Assembly (NCBI RefSeq): GCF_018350175.1
Contig: NC_058383.1
Span: 18,974,001 to 19,038,000, forward strand
Length of the DNA: 64,000 bases
Reading direction: 5' to 3'
DNA from: Felis catus
Taxonomy: Eukaryota
Shown here: piece after piece, positions 11,621-23,777 of the stretch
Layout of the letters: each line of letters opens with the position of its first letter
Position numbering within the stretch: the first letter of the stretch is position 1
Made by a program: the position numbers and the translations under genes
Notes under the pieces: model-generated
What the model was told of the DNA's origin: nothing
The model's input: only the letters and a program-made list of their open reading frames with translations
Database searches by the model: none

Positions 11621-12989
11621 TGGAGGGAGACTGCGTTCCTGGGTCGGTTAGTGGCAGGTCCCGTGAGAAGCAGCAGTGGACTGTGAGCCGGAGGCCCCCG
11701 GTCCTGCCGGTAGCAGTCGGGGGAGCCGTGTTCCCACCCGGCTGGGATCACTCCTTTCGATGGAGAACAGATTTCCTCTCAACCCTTGAAATATGATTAA
11801 TGGTAACAAATGACCGTCTGGAAGAGCGTTTTTTAGGCGAAGTGCTCAGGGAGGTTTAGAAAGGCTAGTTGTTGCCCTCTGTTCTCTACCACTTCCCTCT
11901 TTGCACCCCTTCAAAAATGACTCCGTTTACTTTGGAACGCCCCACAGCGGAAAGAGCAGCGAAGGGGGCAAGCGGGTGTGGGGTCTGCGTCTGTTGTCAC
12001 AAATCATCTCTGGGTTTCGCCGCTCCTTCTGCTTCCGGGAGCCTCCTTTTCCTTCTCTGTAAAACGAGAGGATTGGAGTAAGTGATCTCTCAAATCCTTC
12101 CACTTGTAGGAACGCTCTGCGTCTTCTCATTTATCCGTACGAAGCAGTCAGTGGCGTGAAAGCCAGGTCAGGAATAATGGTGCTCCGCTGCAGACGTGTC
12201 TGGTAGTGGTAATAAAGTAAGCTTTTCTTCAGGTAGAGAGCTGCCCAGTTCTGGAACCATCCTCACCATCCTCCGATCCTTTGAATAAGCCATCTCTAAG
12301 AGGTTTTTTTCGGGCTCAGTTCCCTCACGGTCCGCTTGCTGTCTGGGGTGCATCGTTGTTTTGTGGTTGTGGTTTTGTTTTTTAACTGACAGTTTGGTGG
12401 ACCTCTATGCAGTTCATGCCATCGTTGTGGTGACCAACGTACCAGGCAGAGAGGAGTTGATTTGGGGCCCCAGCGGGATACTTGGAGTTCTCTGTGCTGG
12501 CTTTGCCCTTTCTAGGCCACTGGAAAAGGAAATAGCTGAAGTTGAAACTGACCTCTGTTGCCCCCACTCTGCCCTTCGCCTCCCACCCATACACTAGGCC
12601 AAATATCACAGCTTTGTAGAGTCTGTTCTTCAGATTCCTGAAATCTCCTGAGCTCAACCTGTGGTCACATTGTGCCTGGCACCAGGTAATTAAGGGGTAA
12701 GCAGCATAGGAAAAAAATTACCATTTCTTTTCTGGTTGGGTGGTGTAATAAAAATCATTGAGCCTTTTCAGAAGCTCACACTAAGTGCCTGAACTTGAGG
12801 GGGGAAAAAAGGATCTGAACTTGATCTTCAACCTAAAAGTGCTTATTTTCTGTTAAAGTAAATTGCAGAGAATTACCAATGTTACAAGATTAAATTATAT
12901 ATGTGAAGATGGTCGAGAGAAATGCTAGTTTACAAACAAGCTTTTTGGACACAGAGCTGGTGAGAAGAAAAATATTTGATCAGGCTGTT

Positions 12990-13203
12990 TTTTTTTTTTT
13001 TTTTTTAATGTTTATTTTTGAGACAGAGAGAGAGAGCATGAACAGGGGAGGGTCAGAGAAAGAGGGAGACACCGAATCCGAAACAGGCTCCAGGCTCTGA
13101 GCGGTCAGCACAGAGCCCGACATGGGGCTCGAACCCACGGACCGCGAGATCATGACCTGAGCCGAAGTCAGACGCTTAACTGACTGAGCCACCCGGGCAC
13201 CCC
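12990..13203 (-). mobile_element. Feline SINE
   Basis: TSD TGATCAGGCTGTT. Confidence 0.93.
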
Positions 13204-14761
13204 TGATCAGGCTGTTCTTTCAGGAAAGAATAACTTTCGTTTTCAGTTGGCTTTTTGCCTGTCTCCCCTTTTTCCAAATGATGAGAGAAGGGAGGGCTTT
13301 GGATACATTTTCCATAGCGTAGGATTTTTTTCCCTATGGGAGCACAGAGCATCTCACACCTACAGGAAAAATTTACTGCCAAATTGGAAGAGTCGGTAAT
13401 ACGAAGCATTCCCAGCCGAGAGAGTAAGAATGAGGGCTGTGGGGGAAAATAGACACAGAAAGAGGTAGAGGAGAAAGACGGGAGTGAAAGAGGGGGAAGT
13501 AATGGGAATCTTTAAAGTACAGATTGATAACCCACAGGCCTCCGGATGGGAAGAGATGCTTATGAAGGGCCAGTAAAGAAAAGTTGCTTCAGGGATTTCC
13601 TGTTCCTCCTGCTGCGTTTTCTTTTACGTTGTTAGAAGTAGCCCAAACTTGGACAAAAAGAAGAGAAAACTTGTGGAGGCTGTATCTGAAGTTTCAGTGT
13701 CCAAGATAATTGATTTAATAAGAGCAGTTTCAGCATGCCCTTTATTGCCACTTGTCTTACATCACGCTGCTCCCAACGACAGTTGAATTTATCCTCAGTT
13801 CCCTGAATTTCCTGCTCTTTGGGATGAGCTTTGCCTTAGTCTTCGGAGGGGAGAGCTGTTTGCAAGGGAAAGGCAGGTGCCCTGTATTGCTTGAAGCGGA
13901 GAAGGTGGGTTCTATCCTGTCCGGCTGCAGTTCCTGGTGCCCTCCTCTTCTCTGATTTTTGTGGACTGAATAAATAAACAACTTAATTTGTATCCGAGAA
14001 TGAGTGATTTTTAAAGTTCATTGTGATCAAAGAAGATGGTCAAGTGTTCCTTCAATTGTGTACGTACTCTTGTATAGATTGTAGCATAGAACTGCACAGA
14101 ATTTTCGTGGCAGCTTGCTTTTACCATTTCTGGAAACTAAAAAGTAAATTGAATTAGTGAGTAACACTGAATTTTTGAGAAATTGACTAGAGAGACATAA
14201 ATAGTGTTAATGCTGTTGAAAGTGTACTTTTCTTTCTGTCTCTTAAGGTGACTAGTACAGTGTAGTGGATATTGTAGGTGGTAGAAAAATAACTCAAATC
14301 TCTGTGTAGGTATTTGCAAAATTATAACCGTAGCCCTCATTATGCATGTTTCTGTTATGCCACGTGTTTAATCTTGAACTTGCATGGAGCATGCAAAGCT
14401 TAGAAACGTAACATTGATTTAACCCCTGAATGTTGAAAAGATAACACACATTTCCTTGTTGCTAATACACGAATCTGGGCAAAGGGACCAGGGCTTTGTT
14501 GGGAATCTGGACATGTAGAAAAATTGTCGTGTTAGGTGTAAAAGAGCATTGTGTTCATGGTTCGAGTTTTGTCTTTAGAATAAAACGAGAACGTACTTTG
14601 AATCAGTAAAAAACGTACAGAAATGCACTCTGAAGCAGTGATTTATGCGGCCCGTTCCTGTGAAATTAAACGCATGGAGGGACTCACGGGTTTAATGTTT
14701 CGTGGTCCTCCTCGTCCTTCCATCGGCTGGACAGTCTGCTCAGAACTTCTTCTTCCTGCAG

Positions 14762-14921
14762 TTGATCCAGTCCCCCGTGACAACCCCCCTCGGGCTGATC
14801 ATGTTGAAGACGACTTCAGAAGAGCTGGCTTGTCCCCGTGAGGACCTCAGCGTGGCTCGGAAGGAGGAGCTGCGGAAGCTGCTGCTGGACCAGGTGCAGA
14901 CTGTGCTCGGGCTGCTGACAG
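14762..14921 (+). CDS. XPO6: XPO6 exon 5 (LIQSPVTTPLG...VLGLLT)
   Basis: cctgcag|TTG; ACAG|gtgagc; 160 nt. Confidence 0.96.
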
Positions 14922-15591
14922 GTGAGCCGTTCGGTGGAGGCAAGGGACACTGGCGGTGGCGCTCTGAACTTTTGAGCAGTTTTGCTTGTGACTGTGGCCG
15001 AGTTGAAAAACAAAGAATGTGGTGGTGGCGTGTGCCGTCAGCACTGAGCCCCGTGTCCAGCACATGGTAGGACCTCCCCAGATGCTCGTAACCTACTTGT
15101 TTTTACTGTCTTTATGAATCAGTCCTCACTGTCACTGTCATTAATGAGGTAGAGATCAGGTCATGGGAATGTGATTGAAATGCCAAGCGCTGCATTCTCA
15201 GTAAGGTGGGTGGCGAGCACTTCATGTAAAATAATTTGAATATAAGATCAGGAGAAGTTGGAGGAGGAGGGATGGGGAAATTTCAAAATCCGCTCAGGGA
15301 GGTGAGACCAGATGTGGCATCCGCACCCCGTGCGCCTGGTCGTGGTTGTAAGTAGCATTTTGCTCGTCATCTTGTCTGTTTTATCAGAGCCTCGTAACCG
15401 TGTGTGAGGAGTAAGAATAAACAGAAAGCAAAAGCAAACCGCACAACGAGACAGGAAGGCGGGACGAGGGTGGAGCACGCTGGCTCGCCAGGGCCCTGCC
15501 GCTTGCTTGTACGAGGAGCAGGTGCAGCCCTAGTCTCGGGGCCCTTGAGGCGCCGGGGGCCCGCTTGCTGCTTGAAGGAATGCTGCAGCGC

Positions 15592-15640
15592 AAAAAAAAA
15601 AAAAAAAAAAGAAAAAAAAAAGAAAAAAAAAAGAAAAAAA
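15592..15640 (+). repeat. About 49-nt A-rich tract (A runs broken by single G)
   Basis: Read directly; no SINE or L1 body upstream. Confidence 0.9.
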
Positions 15641-16384
15641 CAGTTTTTATCTGCAGCTCCTCTGCCCAGACTTCCTCTCGGATCTCTAGGAACTTGCTTC
15701 TTTTGTCTGTGTTACAAAAGTGCTGGGCATGCAGTGGTCACTTAAAATCGGTTGAGAATGCCCGATCAAAAGTAAACTTGTCGTTTGCCCCGTGTCCTTC
15801 CCCACGTCCCTAGGGGAGACCCACACCTCAGAGCATTTGTTCATTCAGAGCACGTTCAGTGATGCCCCCAACTAGATGTTATATTTCTGTAGTTAAGAAT
15901 CATGTCTGATATCTCTGTGTCCTGCCGTGAAGACGTTAAAATTTTTTCAGTTGGGGTTAATTCACGTAGCGTCAAGTCCACCATCTGACGGTGTCACAAC
16001 TCGGTTTTTAATACATTCACAAGGTTGTGCAACGATCACGCGATCTAATTCCAGAACACTTTCATTACTGCCCTTTCCCCCTCCAACCCCTGGCAACCAC
16101 TAATCTGTTCATCTCTATGGATTTTCCTATTTGGCCTTTTCGTTTAAAAAAAAAAAAAATCATACACTATGTGGCCTTCTTAGTGGGACACTTCAAAGCC
16201 CATCCATGTTATAATATTAAATGTTTTGAAAACACCGTACTTTCAAAAGCTTTTACAGCTGATCATCTTATGCAGTAGGTTCCATAAAGAGGTCCAGAGA
16301 GGAATAAAACACAGTCCCTGTCTCTAATGAGGGGTACTTGAGTTGGGGAGAAAGACAGCTAAAGCCAGTGTGTTAAGAGTTTAT

Positions 16385-16610
16385 GGGGCGCCTGGGTGGA
16401 GCAGTCGGTTAAGCGTCCGACTTCAGCCAGGTCATGATCTCGCGGTCTGTGAGTTCGAGCCCCGCGTCGGGCTCTGGGCTGATGGCTCAGAGCCTGGAGC
16501 CTGTTTCCGATTCTGTGTCTCCCTCTCTCTCTGCCCCTCCCCTGTTCATGCTCTGTCTCTCTCTGTCCCAAAAATAAATAAATGTTGAAAAAAATTAAAA
16601 AAAAAAAAAA
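16385..16610 (+). mobile_element. Young feline SINE, full length, about 500 nt upstream of exon 6
   Basis: Near-identical to the 1698 copy; poly-A tail. Confidence 0.95.
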
Positions 16611-17111
16611 GTTTAGTAGAGGTGTGTTTTACTCACAGGCAGAACTGAGCAGACGAGACTTCCTGGGGACGATGGCGGCTGGGTGGAGCTCTGAGGGATG
16701 GACAGGCAGCAGCCTGGTAGAAAGGTCCAGCTTGGGTTGGCAGGAGGAGAGCAGGTCAGAAGTTGGTGTGGAAGGAGTAGCACCCCGTTGAGCGGGTGCA
16801 GCCTTTGTATGGAGGTGGGGGTGGGGCCAGGTGGGAGAGCAGAGGCCTGAGGGAAGCCATGTTCCATGGGTGGGTGGCGCTGTTGGCTGGGGGAGGGGCG
16901 GAGGAGAAGCAGTGGCAGGTTTGTGGGGGAAGATGAATTGAGTTTAGGACATCCAGGTGGTGGTGCCAGGAGTGTCTAGTTGGACCTATGGTGGGGAGAG
17001 GGAGGTTTAAATACTGACGTTTGATCGAAGGGATCAGATCTGTTTTTAAATCTGACTTTCATAGGTTAGACTTCATTTCTCTCTTAAACTCCATTTCTCC
17101 TTCCTCGCTAG

Positions 17112-17189
17112 GTATCTTGGAGACTGTCTGGGACAAGCACAGTGTCACTGCTGCCACCCCACCACCATCCCCGACCTCAGGAGAAAGTG
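17112..17189 (+). CDS. XPO6: XPO6 exon 6 (GILETVWDKHSVTAATPPPSPTSGES)
   Basis: cgctag|GTATC; AGTG|gtacgg; 78 nt, symmetric phase 1-1. Confidence 0.95.
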
Positions 17190-17227
17190 GTACGGTCTGC
17201 CCACCACGTATGCTGTTCCTCTTTTTA

Positions 17228-17396
17228 TTTTATTTTTTTTATTTTTTATTTTTTTTCAACATTTATTTATTTTTGGGACAGAGAGAGACAGAGCATGAAC
17301 GGGGGAGGGGCAGAGAGAGAGGGAGACACAGAATCGGAAACAGGCTCCAGGCTCTGAGCCATCAGCCCAGAGCCCGACGCGGGGCTCGAACTCACA
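17228..17396 (-). mobile_element. Young 5'-truncated feline SINE just downstream of exon 6
   Basis: TSD TGTTCCTCTTTTTA (17214-17227 / 17398-17411); lacks most of the tRNA head. Confidence 0.95.
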
Positions 17397-19240
17397 TTGT
17401 TCCTCTTTTTAAATGCACTTGGGGGGCTCGATGGGGTAGCGATTGCTTATCTAGGCCAGATACAGATGCTGATTTTTCCTTCATCACTTTTTGGCCTCTC
17501 TGCCCACGTTTTCTGAGTAGGTAGCTCTACTTGGTTCTTTGTAAGTACTTGTACTTCCTTAATGTAACATTTTGAACAACATACATTGTTTCTTCCTTAC
17601 CCATCAGAAAAATGGCACCTTTGATGTTCTGTCATCTACTTCCGTTCCCTTCAGTTTATAACTGTGTTGTCCCTCCTGGTTTGTTTTTTGCTTTTTCTCA
17701 GATTTCATGGCTGTATTGCTCATGCTCACGTTGTCATGAGCCCGTGGGCCTGAAAGGTCTGCTTTGCAGTTATGCAGGGGTCAAGGTCCGAGGAGCTGGT
17801 TGGCTTCCTGAAGCCAGGGGGTGGAGGTGGGGGGGATGGGTGGGGGGGGCGGCACGACACACGGGAGAAGAGGATGTGGAATGCTTTCTTCCCTTCGGGG
17901 CTCGGGGAAGATGGGGCCAGTGTGCAGTAATCACATCACCATCAACTTAGATCAGTTCAGAATAATGTGATAAAGCATGGCTATATTTACAGTGTCATTA
18001 AGTGGTTTACTGGAGGCTGATTATCCACAGTTACATTAATCAATCTTTCAGAAGTGAGTGCAGTTCGCCTAAAAATGGCTACTTCAAGGATAGAAAGAGG
18101 AAATTGTGTCTGAGCAGAAACTTTTCGTTTCTGAATGCTTGTGTTTACACTAAGTGATCACAGGTGCTTTTCAAGTAGAGTCCATCCTGTGAATTGCATA
18201 TTGTTGCTTCCTCTGCTGTAAAGGTTGGTTGGTATGGCTGAGGGGAAATATTTCTCCATCTTTCTCCTTTACCCCAGGAAATGGGCTGTTGAAATCAGAC
18301 ACCTCTAAGCCCGAGCTGTTTCATGTAGCCTGTTATTGTTAGTATGTGGAAGCTGAAATTCTCGCAGAGCTGAAAATACAGCATGACGTTTTGAGGACTG
18401 CTCATAGTCTACCAATTTATTCCAAATTCCATTTGTCATACTTGGATTAAAAACTGTTAGCCACTTGTCAGACTTCTTAGATGAAACACTATTACAGAGC
18501 TTTAGAGTGTTTTAAAAGCCAACAGGGATTTGAACTTTATTTGTACTTGGTGGCAGACTTTCATTTTCAACGTGGATATTTGAGATGACTTAGCAGATTT
18601 AAATTTTGCAATACGTGATGATTAAAGGAAAAACTGCAAATGAGGCAGAGCCTTGCTTTCATGAGGGTACACTTTGGAATCTCTTGCAGGTTAGCTGATC
18701 TTAGAATATGTCATTTCGTTTAAATAGTAGCTTGCAAAGATTAGTTCTGTTGAATTGGATTTGGTTTTAGGTGGTTGAATACTGGCTTAGCATCCAGTTT
18801 CAGTTAGCAGTTTACTCTAGTAAAACTTGTTTTTCTGAGATCATTTTCCAATGCCAAAAGTGGTATGTTTTAGTTGGCTTTGTTCAGCTACATGTTCTGA
18901 GCGAACTCAGTTTATGCTTTGATAGACTTATTTTCCTGGAGGCCAGGTTGGGGAATATCAGATAATACAAATCAAAAATATATTCTTGCCTCTTTTCTGT
19001 GTTGCCTAAGTTTTGTTTATGAGGTTAGGTAAAATACAGTATGAACCAACTTGACATTTCCATATAAACAAAACCTAAAAATGTAGTGTGTATTTCTTGA
19101 GAATTGCCTCTTAGACAGTATTAAGACATTTTTGAAGTCTTGAATTTTAGTATTTGGGAAAGAACAAAACAAATGGAAACTGTTTGGAGCCTGGGAAGTT
19201 AAGCAAGCTGGTATACTTCCCCTTAAAAAAAAAAAAAATA

Positions 19241-19432
19241 GGGGGCACCTGGGTGGTCCGGTCAGTTGAACGTCCAACTTCAGCTTAGGACACGATCTCA
19301 CAGTTTGTGAGTTTGAGCCCCGTGTTGGGCTCGCTGCTGGCGGCACAGAGCCTGCTCTGGATTCTCTGTCCCTCTCCTGCTCATGTTCTCTTGCTCTCTC
19401 TCTCTCTCTCAAAAATAAAACATTAAAAAAAA
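19241..19432 (+). mobile_element. CAN-SINE
   Basis: gggggcacctgggtgg head, (CT)n, A tail. Confidence 0.9.
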
Positions 19433-20797
19433 TACAGGATTGCATGTTCATTTGACATGCCTTTTTCTCTGACAGTTGCAAGTGAAGCTGTTGGATCTTG
19501 TTCCATTATTTGGATGATGCTGAGGATTTAATTAACATTTATTTTGATGGTTTTGCTCAACTGCCTTTGTGCACTTAAGACACCAAGTTAAGCAGTAAAA
19601 TTTCTAAAAAGTTGTTGAGCTTTATTGACCTAATAAACTTGCTGTTAGGGACAAAAATTATTCTGAGCAACCTTAGAGCCCAGTGAGTAAAGCAGATAAT
19701 TCCTATACCCACCCCACCCAACCTTTATTTAATCGGCAATCCCTGCCGGAATCCCCGAATCCCTCCGCGGTGGGGAGTTTTTTTCCCCCCCGCATACTTT
19801 CTGGTAACATCGTTTTTGTCTGATCATTTTCAAAGAACAAAGCCCGCGGACGAGTCCCTGCGGTGGCTACTCTGGCAGTCTGGAGATAGAAAAAGCTTTG
19901 AAGGGTGCTTGTGGTCTGCTTCTCAGAATAGTTCCTCAAATTGTTGCCTTATCTTTGAAACTTGCCTCATTACACCAGAATCCTGTGAAGTAGATGACGG
20001 TTTCATCTCTCGTTTACGAACGAGGAAACTGGGGCTCATGGGGGAAATCACGTCACCAGTAAGTGGTGGAGCAGGGGCGGCCTCGGCGCACGGTCTTCGG
20101 CCGAAGTTTGCCTTCTCGGCCGCTCACCCCACATCTCTCTGCCTCCCCCTCCCCCTGGTTCAGAGCCCCGGGGCTACCCCGCATCTGCTGGGCGCATCTG
20201 CTGGGCGCCTTCCCGGACTGCAGCCGTCCTGGGCTGTGAGAGGAGCAGGAGAGGAGGAGCAGTGCTCTGAGGACGGAACGTGACCGTGCCCTCCACACGC
20301 TGGGGCTGCGGCTTCCTGCTGCGCCCGGGCAGCCTCAGCCCTCCTGCTTTCAGAGCCTCTGCTCGTCCTCCCCTCTCTTTGCCTGGACAGATGGGGTGGG
20401 GGAAGCGGGGAACAAAATGAAATGGTGTAAATACTGCAGCTCCGAGTTAGCTTTCACTGTCCTGCAATAAAACTTGAGACCGTACCTTTCATCGGCGTGA
20501 TGTGTACTGTCCAGTGTGGGTCTGTGCGGATACCAGTGATGGCAAGAGTCCAGGGTGCAGGTACCTTAGAGAGCTCAGATGGTGGGGACCAGTTTACGCC
20601 TTCCTGTTTTCTCCCACACTTTGCAGATTGCAGATCTTTGTGCACTTGGAAATCTTGTCACGTGTTCCCTTATAAGCTGCTTAGAGGAAGATGTCTCTCG
20701 GGAGGGTCACTCAACTCCTGTGATCTCATTTTCTTAGCCTAAGGGCTCCTTGACTGGAATTTCTCTCCATTTCGCTGGACTGAGGCTGCAGTGAGAT

Positions 20798-21006
20798 CCC
20801 TGGTTCTCAGTAGGGAGTGATTTTGCCCTGCAGGGGATATCTGGCTGGCAACATGAGAAGTATTTTGGCTAGCGTAAGAGAGGAGAGGGTACTGCTGGCA
20901 TCTGATGAGTGGAAGCCAGGGGTGTTGCTAGATATCCTATGACGCGCAGAACAATAACGAATTATCCAGCCCCGAATGTCAGTAGTGCCGAGGTCGAGAA
21001 ACCCTG
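20798..21006 (+). mobile_element. MER20-like hAT DNA transposon fossil
   Basis: tggttctca...gattttgccc...ggggatatctgg start and gtgccgaggtcgagaaaccctg end match recalled MER20. Confidence 0.85.
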
Positions 21007-21345
21007 GATTAGAAAACGTAGAACTGAATAGAAAACACGACATTTAAAGAAATAAAAAAGTGAAAAAGCCCAGGGGATCTTTGCATGAAGCCTGACCTGT
21101 CTGGGTTACTTCCAAGTGAGTAAATGCACCAGAGTCGTCCAGGCACCTCTCGGCAGGGATGCACATTGCTGCCAGAGCCTGGCCTGATTCAGAGAAGCCG
21201 GTCGTTCACAGGCTCTACAACCAAGATGTTACCCTGTTGCATAGGTGGCTTGTCAGGCTCTCTGAAGTTTGCATTGGAAATGCAGCATGAAGCAGTGTCT
21301 GTTCTGTGGTAATTCCTTCCCCTTTGTTTAAAATACAATTTTTGA

Positions 21346-21500
21346 GGGGCTGCTGGGTGGCTCAGGTCACGATCTTGTGGTTTGTGGGTTTGAGCCCCTC
21401 ATTGATCGGGCTCTGTGCTGACAGTACATGTCCTCTGTCTCCCTCTCTGCCTCTCCCCTGCTTGCTCTATCAACAACAACAACAGCAACAAAAATTAAAA
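21346..21500 (+). mobile_element. Internally deleted CAN-SINE
   Basis: Head plus (CAA)n/A tail; TSD AAAATACA(A/G)TTTTTGA. Confidence 0.8.
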
Positions 21501-21571
21501 AAAATACAGTTTTTGAAAAGCTCTTTGTAGTCTACTAAAATACTTTGAAATATTTAAAGTCGAATAAAATC

Positions 21572-21628
21572 ATCACTTCTCAGCCTTTTGGCTAAGATCA
21601 AGTGTAGTATCTGTTTGTATCAGTTTAA
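21572..21628 (+). pseudogene. 3'-truncated U2 snRNA retropseudogene (about the first 57 nt of U2)
   Basis: ATCACTTCTCAGCCTTTTGGCTAAGATCAAGTGTAGTATCTGTTTGTATCAGTTTAA matches the U2 5' end, including the GTGTAGTA branch-pairing region; flanked by direct repeat AAAGT(C/T)GAATAAAATC. Confidence 0.92.
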
Positions 21629-21899
21629 AGTTGAATAAAATCATTTTCATTGAGAACAACCTTAAAAGATTCTTGTTTTGAGGGGCAAAAATCATAGGTC
21701 ATCTTACACACTTAAAGAATTTTGCATAATCCCATTCAGCATTTGCCCTTGGGTTTATGTCTTTCTACAGTTGTGGCCCTGGTGCGCACGCTCTTTTAAT
21801 TAGGACTTTAGAGCATACGTATTTTCCTGTATTTGAATATTAGCTTTCTTATCGCTTTGCCTGGCTGCCTGATCCTTCCAGTGGGTCTGCTTTCTGGGA

Positions 21900-22125
21900 A
21901 GGAGCATAGGCTTAGGGGCCAGACCTGGGTTTCCGTTTCAGCTGTACTTCTTAGGAGCTGAGGAACACGGGGCAAACACTTAATCTATCTGGGTCTTATT
22001 CTAACAGTTTTGTAAATGCAGATAATAATATCTACCTTAGAGCTGTGGGCATGAAATGAGAATATGTATGTAAAGTGCTTAATGCAGCACTAAGCAAATA
22101 ATAACACATTAAATGGTGGCTGTTC
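21900..22125 (+). mobile_element. MIR (other remnants near 30050-30150, 31020-31180, 38400-38600, 40220-40330, 44990-45125)
   Basis: MIR core: gataataatatctacc...aaatgagaatatgtatgtaaagtgctta. Confidence 0.75.
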
Positions 22126-22764
22126 TTACATAATTATTGTTGTTGTTTTGCTTTTTCCCCCTTTGGCAATCCTCGTCTGGAAAAATTCTTCTGAGCTAAA
22201 GCGTAGAGAGACAACTTTTTTGTTTTGCTTTCGTTTTTAAAGCCAGGATTTATTTCTAATTAAAAATGCTCAAGAGATTTAAAAGGTCCAAGGGCCCAAA
22301 GATGTCCAGGTCTAATAGAACATAGATGGTATCTGTTGGTTAAGTGTCCATTTGATCCCGGTTAATTATTTGCCCCATTAATCCTTCTAGTTGGGTGGTG
22401 GTGGTTTCCCCTAACACCAACATCTTTCATAAATGGCCCCAGTCCATGAATGACGAGAAGAGTGACACCAGAAACAGCTACTATCTTTGAAAGAGAGAAA
22501 GTTGAACATATGACTCAGGTGGACAGCCACCACAACAATTCCAGAAATCAACCTTATTAATCCAGCAACAAACTGAAATATGCCCAGATTGTACTTGAAC
22601 ATCCTTCTTGCGTTCTTCTTTGAAACCAGGTCCTCTGATGATCAGTGTGGGCAGCTGAGATCATGATGAGTCTTACCTAGTACTAAATGCAGCTCTTTCA
22701 GAGCAGAGACCACTGAACACCCTACCAGATAAAATGCCAGGGGACAGATTTTTAATCTGCCTGT

Positions 22765-22864
22765 TTTTGAATAGGCTCCCTGCCCAAGGTGGGGCTTGAT
22801 TGAGCTCACGACCCTGAGATCAAAAGAGTTGCATGCTCCACCGACTGAGCCAGCGAGGTGCCCC
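22765..22864 (-). mobile_element. Short tRNA-Lys-like carnivore SINE
   Basis: taggctccctgcccaaggtggggcttga...ccgactgagccagcgaggtgcccc. Confidence 0.75.
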
Positions 22865-23093
22865 GCTTGTTAATCTACTTTTAACAGTAGAAATTAAACC
22901 CCTTATTAATAAATCACAAAATCCTCATGTTACTGGCAGAGGAGATGAGGCCGAGAAAGATTAATCCGTTCGTATTCATTCAACATTAGTATTAAAGTAG
23001 CAGTTTTCAGTAGGTCTGGGGGTCCCTGGAAGTCCCCCAAGCCCTTTCAGGCGTCCCAAAGATCAAATACATGTTCATAAAAATACTGTGACA

Positions 23094-23274
23094 TTTTTTT
23101 TAAGTGTTTATTTTTGAGAGAGAGAGTGCAAGTGGAGGAGGTGCAGAAAGAGAGGGAATCAGAGGCCCTGCACTGACAACAGAGAGCTCGACGCAGGGCT
23201 CGAACTCACGAACTGTGAGATCCAGACCTGAGCTGAAGTCACACGCTCCAGCGCCTGAGCTACCCGGGCACCCC
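23094..23274 (-). mobile_element. CAN-SINE
   Basis: Antisense body ending gggcacccc. Confidence 0.88.
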
Positions 23275-23777
23275 GTGTTGTTTGTCATTTTTACGCATGC
23301 TCTCATGAGTATACTGGATAGAACTCAATCAGATCCCACATTGCAGTTAACCTTTAAGAAATTTAAAGTGAAAGTTTAATACTGGAGAATAGCTGCAGTT
23401 ACCCAGAAAGGCTGCCGAAGAGCTGCTTTCTTTCTCAATTGTGTATCTCTGTGAAGCTGTTTTTTTCATATACTTCAGTGAAAATAGCATATTGCAACAG
23501 ATTGAAGCAGATGAGAGAGTCTAGCGATCTTTTTTTAAGCCAGACAGACATTAGAGAGATTTCCAAAAATGTACAAACGGTGCTACTCTTCTCACTTATT
23601 TTTTGATGGCAAAGTACACTTTATCACTTAAAAATATTTTATGCTAACATGTAATGGGTTTAATATTATTAAATGAATATTTAAAATACAGTCTTTGAAA
23701 ACGTCAGTTTTAAATTCTATGTGATGAATATCCATAGAAATAACCCGCATAAAAGTTATTTGGCATCCTCAATAATT

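Noticed and set aside
22663..22716. Possible C/D snoRNA (ATGATGA...CTGA)
   Set aside because: Short, no terminal stem and no recognisable rRNA or snRNA guide.
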